DNA from: Euryarchaeota archaeon UBA181 | Lineage (GTDB): Archaea > Thermoplasmatota > Poseidoniia > Poseidoniales > Thalassarchaeaceae | DNA length: 64,000 bases | NCBI GenBank assembly: GCA_002496725.1 | Contig: DALI01000049.1 | Location: forward strand, 1,772-65,771 | Direction of reading: 5' to 3' | Shown here: one piece after another, positions 48,999 through 57,443 of the stretch | How positions within the stretch are numbered: position 1 is the stretch's first letter | Layout: the number at the start of each line of letters is the position of its first letter | The notes under the pieces: model-generated | Database searches by the model: none | What the model was told of the DNA's origin: nothing | The model's input: the letters and a program-made list of their open reading frames with translations, nothing else | Program-made: the position numbers and the translations under genes

Positions 48999-49837
48999 AC
49001 TCTTTTTCTTGCTGAAATTATCATCATTAAGGCGAATAGCATCATCAATGCACCATCTAATATCTCACCATTGCCCGATTCACCCCATGCCTCATTACTA
49101 CCTAAATCAGAGTACTCAGACCAAATTAGCCGAGTATTGTCTTCGCAATAATTCCCTTCATCCGATGCTGTTGTTAGAGTCGTAATAATGTCTCCAGAGC
49201 CATTAGAATATGCTACTGGTAAACCATCTTCATACAGTGTTGAAAGATATGAGTAAGGCAGAGTGTCTATGATCCAGTTCTTTGAATTAATTCTTGCTGT
49301 TTCCGATGAGATCCACGACGAGTTTGCAAATTCAACTACTTCGCTGGATCCATTTTGTGAGATCCTCCATTCTAATGTGTATTCCGAGTAATTGTTCAAG
49401 CCATGCATACTCCAAACTACAATCAGGGTACCGTTGTTAATTTGACTTGTAGAACTCATTTCCAACTCCTGAATTTTCTCCTCTTCTTCACACAATGGTA
49501 ACACAGTACCTAATCCGAATGCAACATTGTAACTAGAGACTATTAGGAAGAAAAGCATTACTAAGGGTATGAAAAACCTCCTTCTGGGAATCTTTTCCAT
49601 CTCATTATCCGAACCTCTGGCGCTATCAATACTGACGGGAATTTCAACACCTCCATTTCCGTTAGGATATAGGAGTCCTCCCTCAGGGGGGGTAACCGGT
49701 GGATCTACGCCCATTTCTTCTAACGCATCCCTGCCATAGATTCTTTCCGCCATGGAATATAGTTCAGTATCACCACTAATTTCCGATGGATGGATGGACC
49801 CATCTAGGACTCCCTTAATTTTCTCTGAGGCATCCAT
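48995..49837 (-). CDS. Hypothetical membrane protein (two TMs flanking an extracellular domain)
   Basis: TM after RRRFF, a beta-rich domain, then a C-terminal TM + RKR. Start is ATG 49837 or 49870. Confidence 0.65.
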   Translation of the reverse strand: MDASEKIKGVLDGSIHPSEISGDTELYSMAERIYGRDALEEMGVDPPVTPPEGGLLYPNGNGGVEIPVSIDSARGSDNEMEKIPRRRFFIPLVMLFFLIVSSYNVAFGLGTVLPLCEEEEKIQELEMSSTSQINNGTLIVVWSMHGLNNYSEYTLEWRISQNGSSEVVEFANSSWISSETARINSKNWIIDTLPYSYLSTLYEDGLPVAYSNGSGDIITTLTTASDEGNYCEDNTRLIWSEYSDLGSNEAWGESGNGEILDGALMMLFALMMIISARKRV

Positions 49838-49899
49838 GCCACGCGGTTCAATGGATACTTCATGAATCAAACCCCAAACTGGGAGACTTTAGTCCCGAT

Positions 49900-50841
49900 T
49901 CATGACACTAAGGATTCACACGAGTTTACGATGTCCTTGTGTGTCATGCCTAGTGATTCCATAAGTTGCTCAGGTGTGCCACTTTCACCAAATCTATCAG
50001 ATACTCCAATCATTCGCATCGGCGTGTCCCCCCTTGATGAGAGATGCTCGGCAACTGCGCTACCTAATCCCCCAATTACTGAATGATCTTCTGCAGTAAC
50101 TATCCCCTTGCATGTATCAGCCAACTCATCTATCAGATCCTTATCTAGGGGCTTTAGAGTATGCATATCTACCACTGCGGCCGAGATTCCTTTCGAGAAT
50201 AGATATTCGGCCGCTTTGATAGATTCGCTGACCATGACACCACAAGATATGATGGCCACATCTGAACCTTCTCTGAGGATTGAGCCCTTGCCTATTCTCA
50301 ACTTCTTGCAACTATCCCCATCATACATTCTCGGCGTCTTGTTCCTAGCTGTCCGGGTATATGATGGATTTTCATGACCCAATAGCTGAACTGTCAGCTC
50401 CTCTGCTGATAGATCATCACAAGGATGCATCACGGTCATCCCAGGTATAGTTCTGTAAAGTGCTAAATCTTCAATTGATTGAGCACTACTACCATCCGTA
50501 CCGGTATGAATTCCTCCATGGCTACCGCATAGGTGTACGACCAAACCCGGCCTAGCAACCCCATTTCTCACTTGTTCGAATCCCCTCTCTGTGAAGATAG
50601 CAAAAGTACTCGCGAAAGGGATTTTTCCAGATGAGGACATGCCTGCTGCAACTAAAATCATATTTTGCTCAGCAATGCCCAATGAAATAGTCCTCTCGGG
50701 ATGGGCTTCCCTGAATAAGCAGGATTTAGTAGACTTCCCAAGATCAGCTTCCAATACAACCACGCGCTGATCCGCTGCTAGCCTGAGTAAAGCGGCGCCA
50801 TAACCATCCCTGGAGGCCCCTCCTGTGGATGGGGCGCTCAT
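49900..50841 (-). CDS. Transketolase C-terminal subunit
   Basis: ADLGKST, GIAEQNM, DGSSAQ and EDHSVIGGLG motifs. Confidence 0.92.
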   Translation of the reverse strand: MSAPSTGGASRDGYGAALLRLAADQRVVVLEADLGKSTKSCLFREAHPERTISLGIAEQNMILVAAGMSSSGKIPFASTFAIFTERGFEQVRNGVARPGLVVHLCGSHGGIHTGTDGSSAQSIEDLALYRTIPGMTVMHPCDDLSAEELTVQLLGHENPSYTRTARNKTPRMYDGDSCKKLRIGKGSILREGSDVAIISCGVMVSESIKAAEYLFSKGISAAVVDMHTLKPLDKDLIDELADTCKGIVTAEDHSVIGGLGSAVAEHLSSRGDTPMRMIGVSDRFGESGTPEQLMESLGMTHKDIVNSCESLVS

Positions 50842-51674
50842 GACAACTCCTCCAATGCTATTTGCAACTCTTCGTCGTTAGGGGCCTTGCCATGGAATGA
50901 TGGATTGTTCTCCATGAAGGATACCCCCTTTCCTTTGGTAGTATGAGCTATTATTGCGGTAGGGCGAGCGGAATTAGACAAAGACCAATCTATGGAAGAT
51001 ACAATTTCCTCCATATTGTGTCCATCTATTTCTATGACCTCCCATCCGAATGAGGATAGCTTTGCTGCAACATCCCCTACTTCCATCTGAGTCTCTACGA
51101 AATCATCATTCTGAATCCGGTTTCTATCGACAACCAAGTTTAACCTACCTGCAGAGTGAAAATCCGCGGCCATAGCAGCCTCCCAGAACTGGCCTTCTTG
51201 AATCTCCCCATCGCCAACCATTACCCAGATATTCCTATCACTCGAATCCATTCTCGCAGCCAAAGCACAACCCAGTCCAAATGACAATCCCATTCCCAAG
51301 CTACCCGCAGAGAAATCAACTCCATCAGTCCATTTCATGTCAACGTGACCCTGGCAAACCGAACCCATAGATCTGAAAGACATCATATCCATTTCAGAGA
51401 TAAACCCCATCTCATAGAGTATTGAGTATATCGCAGGACTAGCATGTCCTTTACTCATTATGAATCGATCCCTGTCTCCCCAATCTGGATTACTGGTTTC
51501 GATTCGTAATCGATTACCATATAGTGCAACTATAATGTCTATTGCCGATAATGACCCACCTGGATGGCCGGCACCTGCTGAATGAATCATTTTTACTATG
51601 TGCCTGCGGCACTTGAGAGCCAACTCTTCCAATTGAGAATTTGTCATCTCTATCGACGGGGCCGTTGAATTCAC
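50838..51674 (-). CDS. Transketolase N-terminal subunit
   Basis: GHPGGSLS, DRFIMSKGH, TPP motif GDGE..EG and TTKGKGV. Confidence 0.93.
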   Translation of the reverse strand: MNSTAPSIEMTNSQLEELALKCRRHIVKMIHSAGAGHPGGSLSAIDIIVALYGNRLRIETSNPDWGDRDRFIMSKGHASPAIYSILYEMGFISEMDMMSFRSMGSVCQGHVDMKWTDGVDFSAGSLGMGLSFGLGCALAARMDSSDRNIWVMVGDGEIQEGQFWEAAMAADFHSAGRLNLVVDRNRIQNDDFVETQMEVGDVAAKLSSFGWEVIEIDGHNMEEIVSSIDWSLSNSARPTAIIAHTTKGKGVSFMENNPSFHGKAPNDEELQIALEELS

Positions 51675-51774
51675 GACACTCCTAGAAAATCTAACTAATG
51701 ATGCTTTCCGGAGATGTGACTTGTGAGCATAGACGAATTCTTATGATGTCGATGCCGGACCAACAATCGTTAGA

Positions 51775-52989
51775 ATGGCAGTCGAGGCGATTTCATTTTC
51801 AGATTCGCGATGGAGGAGCAGGCTTTCTTCCATGCAAGTACCACTGGCTGTCAGCTCCAATAGTTCCGCACTCAATTGCCTAGAAACACTAATTTCCCAT
51901 GGAAGACTGTCTTTCAGTCAAGGTATTGATCTAATGAAAAATCCCGATCTTTCTTCTGTTACTTCTTTGGCTAACATGGTCAAGTCTGCACGATTCTCCA
52001 GTCATGTCTTCTTCAATGAAAATTTACATGTAAATTCGACTAATATTTGTGTTCTCGCATGTAGATTCTGTGCCTTTCGAAAGGGACCAAGGCATCCAGA
52101 CGCCTATTCACTAGATGTGAACCAATATCTGGAAAGAATAGATCCCTACTCTTCCAGAATTGATGAGGTCCATACAGTTGGTGGGCTACACCCTAGCTGG
52201 ACAGTATCAGAGTATTGCAAACTATTCTCTAGTGTTAAAGAAAAGTATCCGCACATACACATCAAAGCACTCACAGCGGTTGAGATAAAGCATCTTTCCT
52301 CTAGGTCTTCACTTTCTTTCCACCAAACTCTTTCCACACTTGCCGAGGCAGGTCTGAACTCATTACCAGGAGGGGGGGCAGAGATTCTTGTGGATAAGGT
52401 CAGAGATAGAATCTGCAGGGGCAAGGAATCATCCGCCGAGTATCTGGAGATTCACGGCATTGCACACTCCCTTGGAATGCCAACAAACTGTACAATGTTA
52501 TTCGGAACCGTTGAATCGATAGAAGATAGAATTACACATCTAGTCAGACTAAGAGAGCAACAAGATGAATCATGTGGTTTCCAATGCTTTGTCCCATACC
52601 CGTTTCTTCCGGATAAATCTAGGCTCCCTGAAGCACAGCTTGCAACCGGTCAGGAAATCATCAGAATGATTTCCGTTTCTAGACTTATGCTAGACAATAT
52701 ACCTCACATCAAGGCCTACAGGATGAACATTGGAGATAAATTATCTTCATTCGCTATCAATTGTGGCGCCGATGATGTCGATGGTACAGTTGGTCATGAG
52801 GAGATAATGCATGAGGCAGGTAGTAAGACCAGCCTCAGTACAACTTCTGAACAAATGGCCAGGATGATAGTCTCAGCTGGTTCCATACCAGTAAAGAGAA
52901 ATTCATCATACACCCAATTTGAGATTATTGAACTTCCCGAGTCTAGAAATTCAAAATCACTTCCTATTCTTACTATGGAGGGGAATTAG
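51775..52989 (+). CDS. mqnE: Radical SAM aminofutalosine synthase (CofH/MqnC/MqnE family)
   Basis: TNICVLACRFC, VGGLHP, HIKALTAVEI, LPGGGAEI and RLMLDNIPHIKAY motifs. Confidence 0.82.
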   Translation: MAVEAISFSDSRWRSRLSSMQVPLAVSSNSSALNCLETLISHGRLSFSQGIDLMKNPDLSSVTSLANMVKSARFSSHVFFNENLHVNSTNICVLACRFCAFRKGPRHPDAYSLDVNQYLERIDPYSSRIDEVHTVGGLHPSWTVSEYCKLFSSVKEKYPHIHIKALTAVEIKHLSSRSSLSFHQTLSTLAEAGLNSLPGGGAEILVDKVRDRICRGKESSAEYLEIHGIAHSLGMPTNCTMLFGTVESIEDRITHLVRLREQQDESCGFQCFVPYPFLPDKSRLPEAQLATGQEIIRMISVSRLMLDNIPHIKAYRMNIGDKLSSFAINCGADDVDGTVGHEEIMHEAGSKTSLSTTSEQMARMIVSAGSIPVKRNSSYTQFEIIELPESRNSKSLPILTMEGN

Positions 52990-52990
52990 T

Positions 52991-53785
52991 ATCAGTTGGA
53001 CAGATGTCATAGGTCGAGTTTCTTTCTCAAATTGCGATCCAATATTTGATGGGATTAATCAAGAATGGACAATACTTTCCGCTCCCCCTGCGTGGCTCAC
53101 AGGCCATATCATGCGAAGAGACTGTATCACAGCACCAATTCCTTCGGCAGATTATGCGAAGAATAGTGAAGAGTTACTTCTCCTTCCAGATATTGGTATA
53201 GTCAGTAGCGGGGAAGTAGGGTCTGTACTACTTTTTGGTAATCGACCCATAGAGAAAATGAGAGATATCGCACTACCAACCGACTCTTCCACATCTAAGG
53301 TATTACTGAGCTGGATAGTTAGAAATAGAGGTTTAGACCCTAAATTTGTAGAGTCTGGGCCAGATATCAACTCAATGTTAGAGAAATGCGATGGAGCTCT
53401 GTTGATTGGAGATAGGGCAATATTGGCATCTCTCTCAAATCCAGACCTAGTTAGAATGGATCTAGGTGCAGAGTGGACAAGAATCACTGGTCTCCCAATG
53501 GTCTTCGGTGTTTTTGTTGCGAGGAGGGATTCCTCTGAAGAAATTCTAAGGAATGCACATTCAGATATGATTAATCAGGTTGAATTATTTGATAATGATA
53601 AAGTTTGGAGGGATGGCGTAATAAGAAGAACTTCTAAGAAATTAGGATTCCCAGTAGACAGGGTGGAAGAATATTTCAGGACTGAGGTCAGGAATAGAAT
53701 GTCTGAAGACGACATCAAAGGATTAATGACTTTCCTGAAGGAAGCATGCGACATGGACGAAGAACCAATTTGGCTAGATATCTAA
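52991..53785 (+). CDS. mqnA: Chorismate dehydratase (futalosine pathway)
   Basis: IGRVSFSNCDP, V.SVLL, SSTS..LL, LLIGDRA and DLG.EW...TGLPMVF motifs. Putative ATC start. Confidence 0.88.
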   Translation: MSWTDVIGRVSFSNCDPIFDGINQEWTILSAPPAWLTGHIMRRDCITAPIPSADYAKNSEELLLLPDIGIVSSGEVGSVLLFGNRPIEKMRDIALPTDSSTSKVLLSWIVRNRGLDPKFVESGPDINSMLEKCDGALLIGDRAILASLSNPDLVRMDLGAEWTRITGLPMVFGVFVARRDSSEEILRNAHSDMINQVELFDNDKVWRDGVIRRTSKKLGFPVDRVEEYFRTEVRNRMSEDDIKGLMTFLKEACDMDEEPIWLDI

Positions 53786-54261
53786 TCCGTGTAGTCCAGC
53801 TTTTTGCTGGAGACCCACTCTAGAAGATCTAATGCAACTTCGCATGATTCTGCGACCACGGTATCCTTGTCATCTTTGAATTTCTCAAGTACTGAGAGGG
53901 CCGTTCTATCACCTATGGCACCTAATGCTTCTGCCGCTTCATGCCTAACCATTACATCCTCATCAAAGTCCTGCAATCTATCGATTAAGTATGGAAGAGC
54001 GGCTGAATCTTGCATTTGCCCCATGACATATGCGATCTCATGTTTCAGTAATGCCGATGAAGATCCAAAAGCCGCGGCTAGGGCTTCTACTGATTCCTGC
54101 CCCCCTATGTTCCTAAGTGCAAATAAGGCCCTCATCCTCTGGAACATTTTCTCATCTTCATCACAAATCGTCATTCTCAGTTTTCTCACATCATCAATAT
54201 TACTCGGTGGTGCCGGATCAACAGAATCGAATTCACTGACCTCTGGTCTTTTCTCTTCCAT
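53782..54261 (-). CDS. HEAT-repeat protein equivalent to one half of deoxyhypusine hydroxylase (DOHH)
   Basis: SVDPAPP, R.RALFALRN.GG, SALLKHEIAYVMGQMQD, MVRHEAAEALGAIG and VVAESCEVALD motifs. Confidence 0.8.
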   Translation of the reverse strand: MEEKRPEVSEFDSVDPAPPSNIDDVRKLRMTICDEDEKMFQRMRALFALRNIGGQESVEALAAAFGSSSALLKHEIAYVMGQMQDSAALPYLIDRLQDFDEDVMVRHEAAEALGAIGDRTALSVLEKFKDDKDTVVAESCEVALDLLEWVSSKKLDYTD

Positions 54262-55119
54262 TTATTCACCCGACCCAACGAAAACTATTGAATCAACATC
54301 AAGATCTTCTCTTACCATTCCAATTTCCTGACCCCTTTTTAGAAAAAGTCGAATTGCTTCCCTACCATCTTCTCCGTAATCCAAGGTTCGATTATTGACA
54401 TACATGCCGACGAATTCTTCGTTGGTTTCGTCATCAATTCCCCTTCCCCATTCCTTGGCGAATTTGAGAGCCTCCGTTGGATTATTGAGAGAGTGCTTGA
54501 TACTGTTACGAACATCTTCAGTTATCATTTCACAGAGCTCAATCCCAAGATCCTTCCTCACTACATTTCCCCCCAGGGGTAGTGGGAGGCCAGTTTCTTC
54601 ATTCCACCATACTCCCAGGTCTAAAACTAGATTCACGCCTTCATCTTTCCAAGTTAGTTGACCTTCATGAATAATCACACCAACATCATAGTCGCCTCTC
54701 TGAACGGCAGGCATTATGTCATCAAATGGTACAACTTCGTATCTCACATCTCCCAAAGCGAGTTTTAGAGCCAAATAAGCACTAGTCCCGACTCCTGGTA
54801 TCGCGAAGACTTTCCCTCTAGCATCTTCCACTGTCATCTCTTCCCTTGAAATTATCATCGGACCATAACCCTCTCCCATGGATGCTCCACAATTCATAAG
54901 ATGATACTTTTCAGATATCTCTGGAAATGAGTGAATACTGACGGCAGAAACCTCATAATCACCATTGATAGCATGTTTATTCAATGTCTCAATATCCAAC
55001 AGAACATGTTCATAACCCCTCCCTCCGGTATCTATTGCTCCTGTCGTCATGGCATGGAACATGAATGCATCATCTGGGTCTGGGGAGTGTCCGACTCGGT
55101 AAGAGCGCGCCTCGTTCAT
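54262..55119 (-). CDS. mqnD: 1,4-dihydroxy-6-naphthoate synthase
   Basis: HSPDPDDAFMF, DIETLN, GASMGEGYGP, IIHEGQLT, LPLPLG and MYVN motifs. Confidence 0.92.
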   Translation of the reverse strand: MNEARSYRVGHSPDPDDAFMFHAMTTGAIDTGGRGYEHVLLDIETLNKHAINGDYEVSAVSIHSFPEISEKYHLMNCGASMGEGYGPMIISREEMTVEDARGKVFAIPGVGTSAYLALKLALGDVRYEVVPFDDIMPAVQRGDYDVGVIIHEGQLTWKDEGVNLVLDLGVWWNEETGLPLPLGGNVVRKDLGIELCEMITEDVRNSIKHSLNNPTEALKFAKEWGRGIDDETNEEFVGMYVNNRTLDYGEDGREAIRLFLKRGQEIGMVREDLDVDSIVFVGSGE

Positions 55120-55207
55120 GTACCGTCGCAAGCAATTAGATTCAAAATTCCTCCGTGTCAGAACCCTCCGTAGTAAGAGTGAATAGTCGGTTGTATTACG
55201 GGACTAC

Positions 55208-55405
55208 ATGCCCGATCCCAATAAGCTCTCCACTGCTACTGGACAATTGGGCCCAATATGCTCTGTTACGGGGAAGCCTATCACATTCTCAGAAGCAATT
55301 GTTGTAGATGACAGGTATGTTTGTTACGAAGCATATGTGGAGATGATGGGTCAAGGTTCTGCAACTGACTCCCGAGAAGTCCCCTCTAAGCTTCCCCTAG
55401 AATAG
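55208..55405 (+). CDS. Small hypothetical protein, possibly metal-binding
   Basis: 65 aa with CSVTGKP...YVCYE; fills the intergenic gap. Confidence 0.6.
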   Translation: MPDPNKLSTATGQLGPICSVTGKPITFSEAIVVDDRYVCYEAYVEMMGQGSATDSREVPSKLPLE

Positions 55406-55443
55406 ATGCGCACCTTCATCAGTACAAGTCCCCCCTACGTCAT

Positions 55444-56616
55444 GTGGCAGTTGGTTGGAGCAGGTACGCACTAAGGTTCGGAGACTACTATCGATCCTTG
55501 TCAACTAGTGATCTCTGGACTCCCCCTAGACTTCGTTCTAGGGAATGGATGTTCATTCCATGGGGGTCTAAACCACCAGATAGGCATAGGGCACTTCCCA
55601 CCAAAGATGACTTACTCAGATACCTACAAACAAGATCTCCGCACTCCTGCTTCCACAGCACCGCATATTACGAAGACCCAAGTCAAAGAAAAATGAATGA
55701 CAAGGGATGGCTTGGTGCTGATTTGATATTCGATCTCGATGGGGACCATTTGCCCGGCGTATCTGACAATGACTTCCCCGGTATGATGGAGAAGATTCAG
55801 GAACAGGCATGGAGTCTTTGGTCTGATTTTCTAGAACCAGAGTTTGGATTCAAAGAAAAGTATGTCCAGACCACTTTCTCAGGACACAGAGGTTTCCATA
55901 TTCACGTCAGAGACCCCTCACTTATGCATCTTGATTCAAATGCTAGGAGGGAACTCGTGAATTACATAACTGGTGTCGGAATTGACGTACAGTCAGTGAT
56001 GACCGGACCGAAGATCGGCTGGTCGGAAAGAATAGACCTTGGCTTCGAGAAAGTCGTTAGCTCACTGGATAGTATCTCTTCAGGAGAAAAATCCAGTGAA
56101 TTGACCAATGCCCTTCATTCAAGCTTGAAATCTAGGAACTATCCCTGCTCCAAGGAACTCATCAAAAAGCTAGCTTCTGAATCTACAGCAGGTGGTCGAA
56201 TTAATAGGCTCAGAGAAGATAATAGCAGACCAGTTTTTACAACCAAGAAGCTCAATGGAGCTTTCTGGGAATTGGTTAAGGGCGCCCCTCTAGCAGTTGG
56301 AGAGACGGATGAAAATGTCACTGTGGACATAAAGAGAGTGATCAGATGGGTTGGCAGCCTCCATGGAAAATCGGGACTAAGGGTTACCGAGTTCCCTCTA
56401 AACCGTCTAGAACCGGGTAGGAAGACCTCCTTCGACCCAATGTCTGAGTCCTCTGTTTTCAGTACACAGAACACGTGTGAGATGGAGTTAATTGTCGATG
56501 ATGTAACTACTAGGATATCGGGCCAGGAGGTTTCCGGATCCACTGGTGATGTATTCAATGTCCATGAATCAATGGCCACATTCTTGGGGCTCAAAGGTTG
56601 GGCAATCATGCACTAA
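55444..56616 (+). CDS. priS: DNA primase catalytic subunit
   Basis: REW, STAYY, ADLIFDLD, FSGHRGFHIH and D..VTVDIKRVIR..GSLHGK motifs. Confidence 0.95.
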   Translation: MAVGWSRYALRFGDYYRSLSTSDLWTPPRLRSREWMFIPWGSKPPDRHRALPTKDDLLRYLQTRSPHSCFHSTAYYEDPSQRKMNDKGWLGADLIFDLDGDHLPGVSDNDFPGMMEKIQEQAWSLWSDFLEPEFGFKEKYVQTTFSGHRGFHIHVRDPSLMHLDSNARRELVNYITGVGIDVQSVMTGPKIGWSERIDLGFEKVVSSLDSISSGEKSSELTNALHSSLKSRNYPCSKELIKKLASESTAGGRINRLREDNSRPVFTTKKLNGAFWELVKGAPLAVGETDENVTVDIKRVIRWVGSLHGKSGLRVTEFPLNRLEPGRKTSFDPMSESSVFSTQNTCEMELIVDDVTTRISGQEVSGSTGDVFNVHESMATFLGLKGWAIMH

Positions 56617-56688
56617 TGCGGGCATTTAGGTATGCTTAATCACAGAATGTTGAATAGTGTAGAGTCCCGGAAATCAACTGAGACGAGT

Positions 56689-57420
56689 ATGCCGGACGAG
56701 GAAGAAGCTGGAGTAGCGCCCAATGGAATGCCTTTGCCCCCCCCTCCGCCAGGCATCAATTTCCCGCCACCTCCACCTTTGCCACCTCCGCCGCCGCCTC
56801 CAATGAATGAAACGCCCTCTTCCGACGACCCGTCTTCCACAGATGAAGAAATTGAATCTGACAACTCTAACGATTTCCACACTCACTGGGAGAAGAGGAA
56901 GTCAGATGGCGAAGCACCAGATGTAGGAAGTAGGGACAGCATGTATGGGCATATCGATAGGATTTCTTCGGGACAGGTTGGTTCACTGATGGACAGATTC
57001 TCTGACAGGTTCGGGTCAGAATTAGATCGTGAGATAATCGTCCTTAGGAAAAAGCAACAACAGGATCTTCTCGCCATTAAGCCGACGGTTGAACTAATTT
57101 CATCCCCTGAGATGGACGAAGTCGATGATACGGAAGAATCTGATTCTTCTTCTGAATTATTTAGCTCATTTTTTGATGTTGTGAACAACTTACTGGGAGA
57201 TATGGAAGAAGATTTCATAGACAATTTCGTATCATCAGATGACTTTCCATTATTTCAGAGAGTTGGAGAATCGCCTTTAGAATCAGACGAAGAAACTCGT
57301 GCAGAGTTTTTCTCCATGATTAATCGAGTCTTAGGTGAGCTTCCAGAGGACAAGATTGAAGATTTCGTTTCTTCCCCGGGATTCGAAATATACCAAGAAA
57401 TGGGCGAGATATATTCCTAA
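56689..57420 (+). CDS. Acidic protein with an N-terminal polyproline tract and a duplicated C-terminal helical motif
   Basis: PLPPPPPGINFPPPPPLPPPPPPP and two FF..N..LG...ED.I..FVSS..F repeats. Confidence 0.75.
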   Translation: MPDEEEAGVAPNGMPLPPPPPGINFPPPPPLPPPPPPPMNETPSSDDPSSTDEEIESDNSNDFHTHWEKRKSDGEAPDVGSRDSMYGHIDRISSGQVGSLMDRFSDRFGSELDREIIVLRKKQQQDLLAIKPTVELISSPEMDEVDDTEESDSSSELFSSFFDVVNNLLGDMEEDFIDNFVSSDDFPLFQRVGESPLESDEETRAEFFSMINRVLGELPEDKIEDFVSSPGFEIYQEMGEIYS

Positions 57421-57443
57421 AAATAAAATATTGAGGTGCAAAC

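Noticed and set aside
49900-51674. Transketolase split into two genes, a possible pseudogene
   Set aside because: Two-subunit transketolases with an ATGA overlap are common in archaea.
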